The notes under the pieces are model-generated. The model did not search any database. It saw only the letters and a program-made list of their open reading frames with translations, and had not been told where the DNA came from. A stretch of DNA of 57,219 nt, the filler included, from Trichosphaerium sp. ATCC 40318 (lineage: Eukaryota > Protista > Tubulinea), in assembly GCA_038496445.1 (NCBI GenBank). It is 3 parts of 3 records of this genome, joined end to end, with 100 filler letters (N's around TTAATTAATTAA, not from the genome) between each part and the next. Parts side by side here need not be neighbours in the genome. Positions count along the whole stretch, not along the records: positions 43,419 to 57,219 come from JALMLS010000623.1; 2 more parts are not named here. One strand, written 5' to 3'. This document shows positions 48,304 to 57,219 of the stretch, in pieces (position 1 is the stretch's first letter; every line of letters starts with the position of its first letter). Position numbers and translations under genes: made by a program.

Positions 48304-49984
48304 GATTAAGAGGAATTTTTACACCATGACCTAATTTGAGCCATTGGTCATGGCAATAGTTTCCTATTTCAGAAAGACTAGATTCCCAGAGATCAGAATA
48401 CAGTGTGATTGTGTTGAGGTGCCTAAACCAAAGAAAAGCTTTAAAATTGTCAGCTATGGTGGAGATATCAGGGATAGAGCCCACCCAAGTGGAAAAAGAA
48501 AGCAGTTTCTAGAACCTAAGGAAGAACAATAAGTGTGGTTGTTATTGTAGACTTTGGAAACAATGTTAGCACTGTCATAATAGCCATAAAACATGAACCA
48601 GTTGACAATGTTACACCATAGCTTATCGATACACAAAGGTATCTGCAGAGGTCTAGCAAAATATAAGATATGTGATTGGGCATATGTCCTGAGTATTGAG
48701 TGCTTGGCCTTGAGAGTTCTAGCATAGGGTTTCCGTGAGTTCAAAGACTTGATGATACCATCTAACACCTTATGAAAGTTGAAGGTGAGAGAGTTACCCG
48801 GTGACAGATCAAAGCCTAAGTATTTAGTAATAGAGGCAGAGGTAAGTACTTGTTCTATATCTTTGACAACGTTAATTTGAAAGCACTTGACTTTGTTCAA
48901 AAACAATCCAGATGCTTTAGAGTAATTGTTAATCATATCTAGGCAGAGCATAATATCAGAGGTGGATGAGGAGGTTAGTAATGCGTCGTCAGCAAAGAGG
49001 ATTTGTTTGAGGAGAAGAAAAATGGCTTGAGCACCTTTGACATCATTGCATTGGTTAATCATTCTGTTGAGCGGCTCCAACATGATAGCGAATAGTGTGG
49101 GAGAGAGGGGATTACCTTGACCAGTGCCTCTTTCTACTTTGAAAGTTTGTTGGAGACTACACCATTGATATGAACACCTGGATCTGTAGTTGGCTGACAA
49201 TGGCAGTCGCTATGACAGAGGAGACACCTATATGAACAAGAAGCTTAACCAATACATTGTGGGCACAACTATCAAAGGCTTTTTTGTTGTCTAACGGAGA
49301 TAAAGAGAGAGGAGTGCCTGAGGCTTGGTGGGTTGCAGTAATTTTTTTTGGATTTTTTGATCACCAAATCCAAACAAAATTTGATGTCCAAATTTTTTTT
49401 TTGATTGCAAGTGTATACTGATGGTTGTGGTTTTGGCACACATGTGATATATGTGTACACATACATTGTATGGAAAAAAGAGGAGTATGTTCTGTATCCA
49501 ATAATTACAATTTTTCATATTATTTAATTGTACATATGTTTTGTATGTGTCAAAATCCTGATTCCACCACTGATTACAGTATTGGAGTCATGTGTGGAAA
49601 ATATACATGCCCAAATCATGTTCAAAACATACAATTTGTGTGCTGTTTGATTCCACCACTGCAAAACATAATAAAGCCTGTGATCCTTGTTTTGCAGGTG
49701 GTGTAAAACCATGAAGGTATTTGTACCAATCTCAACATTTGACAGGGGTGAAAAACATTTTGAACACATACAAAACATATGGCATGCTACAAGCATGTTG
49801 AGGCATGCAAAAAAACATGCAAAAGGCACATGGCATGGACTGCTTTTTATTGTCAAGAAGAAAAGTAAAATTCTTTAATCACAGTTTTGTTAAAATGAAA
49901 AAATTCCATAAGTCAGTAGTATACAAAGTATCAACTACCAAATGTCTAATTCTTTATATAGCCAGAGGCTGACAAAAGTATTTA

Positions 49985-50907
49985 TTAATTATCAACAAAA
50001 CTAAAAAAATACTGTCTGGCATCATGATAATTGCCATCCTAGCCATATTTAAATATAAATTATCAATTAAATTTACCTTCAATAAAGCAGCATTAGGTAT
50101 TGTGCCAATATGTTTAAAACCCATGGTTTCCCACAAATGAACACTTGCTTTATTGGATACATAGACCAAATTAAACATGCTTGCCCGGTATCCAATATCC
50201 TACCAAGATATTAGCGAGCTTTGATGTGTTACCCTACCTTGGCTACTTGTAAGTATACTTGAGCCAAAAAACGACCAAGTCCTAGAAATAATGAGCACAA
50301 AAGTGCAAAGTGTATAGGCTGCTTACCATTGCCCCGTGCTGCAGGTGCAACAATAAAGCCTCCATTACCTATTTTCAAATGAGTGACCATTTTTTCAAGT
50401 GATAAATATGTGTACAAATGTGGCTGCAGCGTCCAGGAAAGTTAGGCTTTATGTAAAATGTACCCAAGATTTTTGATGTCTAGCGGCTTGTAAATTGACA
50501 TTCACGTGCCAACACTTACTGCTGTATCCTTTGCAACAAATGCATCTGCAGCAAGGAAATACGCGTGAAAGTCCTTAACGTCAAGCGTATCCAAGTACGG
50601 ATACGTCATGCCTGCCACGTCAAATAAATATTTTTTTGATTTTCAACTTTTGGGGCAAGTCAGCTTGTACCTTCTTCTATTACCTACAATTACACTTAGT
50701 GAGAGCGAGATTACGCTGAGGTACTTGATTTAGCATTGTTCTACAGGCCTACACGCTGTTACGATTGATTACACAGGCAAAATAGCATACCTCAAAGTCA
50801 GATTCTTTAACATAGTCCACAATCACTTCGACTCCGTTTTTTAGCGTTGTTTTACGCGGTACCAGTTCAGATTTGTTATTTTTGCGTTGTTTGATAACGT
50901 ACGCCAT
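49985..50907 (-). CDS. GNAT acetyltransferase, Mpr1/AZC-acetyltransferase-like (multi-exon)
   Basis: G.TYPY, ILGTFYIKPNFPGRCSHI, NGGFIVAPAARGNGLG, GYRASMFNLVYVSNKASVHLWETMGF..IG.IP.A. Confidence 0.85.
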
Positions 50908-51020
50908 ATCGTTGCTTTAAGTACTACGTGCTCTGAATGTCCTCAAGTGTGAAGTGTCAGCGGTTTAAGCGATAGTCGAGACTTTTTTGAATACTCACTG
51001 AAAAGTAAAACAATCAAACC

Positions 51021-51976
51021 ATGGAAGACACAGATCAGGTGATGACTGACGCTCCTGAAAAGGACACCGCAGCACTAGAACTTGAGGCAAAGCAAAGAGA
51101 AATACAAAATGACGTAGTTAAAGCCAGAAAAGCCAGAAAAGTGGTTTGCAAAACGTATTGAGCATAATTGTAAACGCTTAGCTCATTATACATAGGTTTA
51201 ATCAACTTCGAGAGAACTTCGATACAGCAGAGGAGTACAATAATTATTTAGAGCTCAGGGATCAAATTAGTACGCTAAGAAACCATAACGCACAGTGTTA
51301 ACCGCTTCGAGCAGTTTACAACTTGGAAAATAACATCGAAAAAAAGAAAACGTATGAGTACTTGCAGGAGTATGCAACAGAGCACGTGCACTTCATAGAG
51401 CGACGGAAACATACAAAAGTATGCTGACATTCCGGGTGTTCAATCAAGTTGATGACATGACCTAACGAATCATTCCAGGTGACAGCTGACGAATTACAAC
51501 AAATTAAACAGAAATACTTATTGGAAGAAGGTAGTTGACATTTATTTTTAACTACTTTAAAAACGTTTGTGCCAAAAAACCGTTTTGTAGGTGTGCGCCT
51601 TGTAACAAGGAGAGACAAAAAGCGTGAGACACTCGAAAACTTGTCTTATGGCGCCCTTAAGACGACAGACTTGGTGCAGATGAGCAGAACAATCGCTCAG
51701 ACTATTGAGGACAACAATCAAGGCGACACAGATCTCTTTAGCATAAAAGCACCTACACAACGTAAATCAGCACAGAGTGTGTCGTATACACCTGGAATGA
51801 GGCAAAACGTAGTGCAAGTTATTGAATTGTCAAGACCTGTAGATAAAAGCTTGCCGAATGAAGGCATAGTAAAGCCAAGTCAAGAACTCATCATGAAGAG
51901 GCGCCGTGCTGGCGGTTCTGCCGGAGGAGGATGGAGACGCCGGTGCGCTTTTGAAGCTCAGACTGGCTTGTTTTAA
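51021..51976 (+). CDS. MAT1 (CAK assembly factor)-like protein lacking the N-terminal RING
   Basis: FNQLRENFDTAEEYNNYLE...IYNL (MAT1 central motif) and C-terminal AGG....RR...EA..GLF. Confidence 0.7.
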
Positions 51977-53199
51977 TCAAATCAAACCACGTGTAAAATA
52001 GGGTAATCAACAACAACAATGTACAATCCCAAAATAAAAAAAAAACAATCAATTTACCCAAACAACCAAAAATATTGTTCTTTAAGGGCCCTTAAAGCAA
52101 GCCCATCGTATGTTGTATTCAACCAATTTGCAATGTGATAAAACTGTGACAGGATTGATTCACTTAATTTGACTCGCAAGGAAAACAAACTCTATACCTC
52201 ATCACAGTATAGCCCATTGCTGGCGCTTGGTATCAATTCTATGGACAACCAGGTGGATAGGACCATCATATTGCTAAATTGCAAAGAAGAACCTCTAAAA
52301 ACGAAACCATATGGCCTTGGTATTAGTATGATATCATACCATTGTATCTAATATACGCTTAGCAATTAAAGACCGCTCACGACGCAAATATCGCTTATCA
52401 TGTAAAAAAAGTGCCCTGGCTTCCTCTGTGGAGGCCATAATAGAGTATGGGCGAATTAAGTTTGATCTTGCTACAACAAACTCGCTTGTACGGCATTCAC
52501 TCACCATATTTACGCATTGATAATTATTGTAGATGTGCGTGGCTTGTGGGTCGTTTGGCGTTAAACAGATTAACACATGGGCTGACGATGATCAACACCT
52601 TGAAAAGGCACGAGATGCTTCCTTACCCACCCCAACCATACAGTAGGTCATGAGAGGATTTAAAGGAGTTAACGGCAGCAAAGAGAGTAAGCTGTCACCG
52701 GCGCTACAGGCGATCATCCCAGCACTGGGCGTTACTGCCTCCACTGATACTACTACGCGTACGGTAATTGCAAGCAACTGGTCTTAATTTGGTGTTTGCA
52801 GAGCCTCTACGACCACTTCGAACGCGTTTGATATGCGTCATACAGAAGTCGCCTGAGGATACAGGCACTGATGTGTTTCAGAAGTACGATCACCTTCTTT
52901 TATACACGTGAATTAATCACGTGTCTCCAGATACAGAGACGGCCCCACCACGGTCATAAACATACCAGAGAAGGTATCACAGCTGATAGCAGCACACAAC
53001 GACAATTGCAGGAAACAAAGGCACCAATCAATCAAAACTACTAGTTTATCATGCTTACACGTGCACATAGTAGTAGCACAAAACACTCCATTGAGCATTG
53101 TGACCTGGTTTTGATGCTAGTAACCTCAGACAAAGGCGTAACTACTGTCGGCACGTTGTAACAGAAACAGTTTTTTTGCAGAAGACAATTTTTCTTACA

Positions 53200-55448
53200 G
53201 TTTGCAGATGCTGAGGGTCAACGTGTTAAAATTAAGGTCAAATCAAATCCATCATTTACACCAGTAACAGTACGTATCATAAACCACACGTGCATGGTTT
53301 CTAATTACCCTGACCCCAGTTGACACCATTCCTATCTGTCGAGTGCAATTTCATACGACCTAAACTGCTTCGAGACGCATTTGTAGACTTGGCAGTGTCT
53401 CACTTCAACTTGCGAAGCTTGCGCATCACTGGTATACCTATAAAGGATCAGAAAGAGAGAGAAGAGCGTAAAAAACCACAATACAATGTCGTACTTTTAT
53501 TTCAGAGCTTTTCTCAGGTGGACAGCTGTATGTACCGGTCAACATGTACAAAAAAAAATACTAATCTTGCACCAAGACTATACACACCACTCCAACAAGC
53601 TGGGATCAGGACAGTGGCGACAAAAGCGCGAAACCCATGTATTATGGAAGACGGTTGATAGAACGCTAGGTGAGGATTAGGCGCCAACACAATATTACAT
53701 CTCTTTGGTTTTTGTGGTCATTTATAAAAATAACTTCCACACAGATATGAACACACTCCCTACATCATCAATCCACCGGATAACGCCATTAATAGTACGT
53801 ATCTTTTTAAGATTGAAGAAAGCCAATTATATTTGGTCGTACTAACTCGGATGTGTGTGTGGTCTAGCCACAATCTCTGGAAACCATGGCATTTATTAAA
53901 CACATTATTGGTGGTAAACCTGTCGCTTTGGCTATACCAAATCCTGATAGTGCGTCCTATACCTTTTATTTGTGGTATTGTTGCAGTGCCCTAAACAAAT
54001 GTTTAGAAACCGTTGCAAAGAGTCCAATGTCGCATGTCCTGCAAGTCCAAGGCCCAGACAATGACATATACATTCACGCTCTTTACAAAGACAATCTCAC
54101 GCTCAAAAAGCTACCTTTGGAACTTTACAATATAGTTAAAGTCGGTGGTGCAAGAGAAGCATATCGCATCGGGGTACGCTAAATATTTTGGTAAACACCG
54201 CCATCCAGCTCATTGTCGAGGCAATTAGGGATTGACAGAGTTGATTGACGATAACTCATTTGAATTCAATGACAAAGATGCGGCCAAGCAAGCGATGACG
54301 ACTGTCAACACTAGAGCTGTATGCAATCCAACAAATATAGCATGATTGCAATATTTACCCCACCTGTAGGCCATCAAGATTGCAAATAGCGAAAAAGAAC
54401 CAGCCCTAATGTACAGCACAACACATGCACTTGAGCTCTCTACCAGATTTTTCCCATTCAGAGAAAAGGACACATTACTCTTCCGTACCACGGGTCATAC
54501 AGACGCACTTAGAAATCTACTCCTACCCCTGACCAAGGGCATACTTGTCAACAAGGTACTACGAGCATTTGCACAAGGATTTGTTTCCCCCCATGTTGAC
54601 GTTTTTGCGGTCCAGCACATCGATCTTGTTGATGTAGAGGAGGCTGAGCAGGTAAGCACACTACTAAATGCAACAACCCATTTACTTACTCACGTAGATA
54701 TTGCAAACATTTCGGTCGTACATGGCTGATAATGAAGGGAAATGCTTCACCACAAAAATTACAGTAGGTCAACGAAAAGACAATTATCAGAGGCATGCAA
54801 CCCGATTACATTTTTTTTCCTTTTTTTTTTTTAACAGGTCCCCATTTGCTCACGATGTTGACCACAGAGTGTGGAGAGAGTTGTACCAGTTGGTAGACGT
54901 TTGCCAGCACTCACCACTGCACCAACGGATATTGCAGGAAATGACCAATCTCACACCCAACACAATGACACTGGATAGGCGCAGACAAGTGTCCCAAACG
55001 AACAACAAACCACAAACCGTATCCAAAACTGCAGATGAGTTGAAGCGCTCTCTGTTTTGGTGGCCTGAAGACGAAAAACAACCCAAGACTAAGCAAGAAA
55101 GCATCAAGCGACAATTCAATACCATACAGCGCAACTACAAGAGTACGTACCACCCTTATTATCAAACCAGCGTGTTTTTCATCTGACTATTTGTGGTGAT
55201 AGATGTACGAAAGGACATACGTGGTTTAGAATCAGGCAAGTAGTATCAAACATTCTTGCACGAGCTCTTACTAACTTTTTGTTTAAGGCTGGAACTTGGC
55301 GCGCAAACGACACCTAACGCCGTCTGTGCTTGACAACTGTAAAAAAGACAACTTATTCTACGAGTACTGGAGCCGTTCTGTCAAGAAGAGAAAGCACGTT
55401 GACCCTGAAGGTCGTATCACAGCAACAGTTATACTTCCCGACAGCTAG
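53200..55448 (+). CDS. Uncharacterised multi-exon protein (start uncertain, possibly further upstream)
   Basis: Chain of + strand exons with GTACG/GTATG donors and AG acceptors; no recognisable motif. Confidence 0.4.
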
Positions 55449-55760
55449 TGCTGGGACTTGTTGATTAACAATTGCAATTAACTGTACAATAACATAGACT
55501 GTACTCTACTTGGATGTATTTTACGTTCACAACCCTATATTAACACGTAGTTAAACCCAATGGCATCGAGGACCTTAGCACGTGCCACCCAACTTGACAA
55601 GGAATTCACTACACCTATTTGTAGCTCTATCTTGTTGGTTGAATGCGACAAAGTGTGGTTAAGTCACCAAAATGTCAACGCGATAAGCTGCATTACCAAA
55701 GCTCAATATTAGTCTGTCCCTCAACCTATAGCGCCAAATGGCAGTGTGAAGTTGATAACA

Positions 55761-57219
55761 ATGAGTACCAATGAAAAACCAGGAGATGATAGCGTTGAGA
55801 ACCCAATAATTGTTCCTATCGACCAAACCACGCCTAAAAGCAACACACGCAATGAAACAACGTTTACACCTTCAAGAAAAACAGTTTCAGGCGTTATTGG
55901 TACACGCAAGCGTAATAAGAATGGAGACAAGGAGAGTGGTAGTACGACTTTTCATATTAATTTTTTTGTAAAAGCTGTTCAGCACCCTTTTTTCAAATAT
56001 TTGGGTACCATCACCCTTCACTTCAAACAGCGTAGTAACCCTCACCTGACCCGTTAAAGTGATAAATACATCCTCAACAAGCGATTCTGACGAAGAAGAA
56101 ATACGCAACAGAAAAGCGAACAGCAAAAAGCGCTTTTCCTTAAGAATACCGTCGGTAAAGCGTCGCTCGGCCGCTTCTGGACGATCACGCTCAGAGAGGA
56201 CGTCATTGCTGTCGAAGCCGAAGAAGCCGTTGTACGCTGAACTGGAGCAGTACGTTGTTTACTTTGATTGCATCAATATCCTGACGCAGTTTAGGACGTT
56301 CTGGATTATGAAACGTCGGCAGTGGAACAGACTTCTAAGAGCATCTTATGGCAGACCCAGAAGTTGGTCTATAGAATACGTCATCCTCTATGCCCTCTTG
56401 TTTGCAGTATACCTCGGCTTACAAATCGCGCTCTTCAAACGCGTCGATAACTACATCCTGGGTGCGTTTTTGGACGAATAAGAACTGCAATAGGCTCGTA
56501 CAAAAAAAATGACTGTATGATGTTATTTATCTCTATGTGACAGTTGGTCATCTTTTTGTTTTTTGCTGTGCTTTGCTTACCACCACTAGAGTTTATACTC
56601 ATGGCATTTGTATCTATAGCAACAGGAGTACTTTCTCCAATGGTGGGGTGGCTGCTGCGCGTTTTGTTCTTTATAACTTATGGTTGTTTATTTATCTTTT
56701 TTATATTCTCCATGTACTACGATGCCAGGGTACGCACACCCAACGACCCATAAACAAGAACCATAAGAAACCATGTATTAACAATGGGTAACATATATTT
56801 AGGCTTATGTACCGCTCCTCCTTGGCGGAGTGGGGATGTTCTTGCTCGTAAGCATACTCTTTGTGATTTATCCAATGGTCATACGGTATGTTAACCAATA
56901 GGAATGGGGTGATCACAACCCTCCATTCCCGAATCCATTTAAAGACCAACTCAATCTTTGTTTTAAAAGGGCATTCTATACCTGCACTGGCGCTATCATG
57001 CCGACACATTCAGTGGTGGACACTGAAAATGGTACACGTGATCACTACGAAATCGAAGTGCGATCGTTCTTTGGCGACTCTAGGCAGAAGTGCATATACG
57101 CCGGGCAAGTCAAAGATGGCAAACCTCATGGCAGAGGCACTTGGATCGATACATCGTTTCAAGGCGAATATTTGAAGGGGTATTGGGAGAACGGCACGCC
57201 TCTGGGTCCGTTTGAATCC
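55761..57219 (+). CDS. Membrane protein with MORN-like repeats (3'-partial)
   Basis: TM-rich exons at 56380-56720, then GQVKDGKPHGRGTWIDTSFQGEYLKGYWENGTPLGPFES. Confidence 0.65.

Larger units (their letters stand above)
43419..49320 (-). mobile_element. Degenerate non-LTR retrotransposon (host copy), interrupted by the MITE and by a sense-strand LINE
   Basis: RT segments DNKKAFD, QGNPLSPTLF, LFADD (48454-49300). C-terminal segments lie at 44587-44740 and 43419-43657. Confidence 0.9.

Noticed and set aside
49291-49878. Cys/His-rich ORFs resembling PHD/RING fingers
   Set aside because: Cys/His/Met codons arise from TG/CA enrichment in CpG-decayed DNA, and there is no consistent finger spacing.

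Overview
AT-rich, intron-dense eukaryotic (protist, amoebozoan-like by inference) DNA. It consists of three contigs joined by artificial N-TTAATTAATTAA-N linkers (27129-27228, 43319-43418). Housekeeping-type genes include a Pam18-like J-protein with a long C-terminal extension, a membrane-anchored alpha-carbonic anhydrase, a repeat+DnaJ protein, the RNA polymerase I largest subunit, a sterol desaturase/fatty-acid hydroxylase, a divergent actin, an Mpr1-like GNAT, a MAT1-like protein and a MORN-repeat protein. Three fast-evolving zones sit among them. (i) A repeat-protein island has two convergent RCC1-propeller+SAM-like paralogues that differ at matching loop positions, plus an intronless F-box/LRR gene. 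(ii) An apparently intact Mutator transposon (TIRs, 9-bp TSD, spliced DDE+SWIM transposase) lies between two inverted tRNA-Lys genes and carries a 2-bp-TSD non-autonomous element inside an intron. (iii) A nest of one LINE family has inserted antisense into itself twice at GTTT(A)GATT sites and shows a CpG-decay signature. Also found: an unannotated secreted 6-Cys hairpin peptide that needs a GC-AG intron, several other GC-AG introns, and a strong excess of CACGTG. Exon boundaries were inferred by eye.
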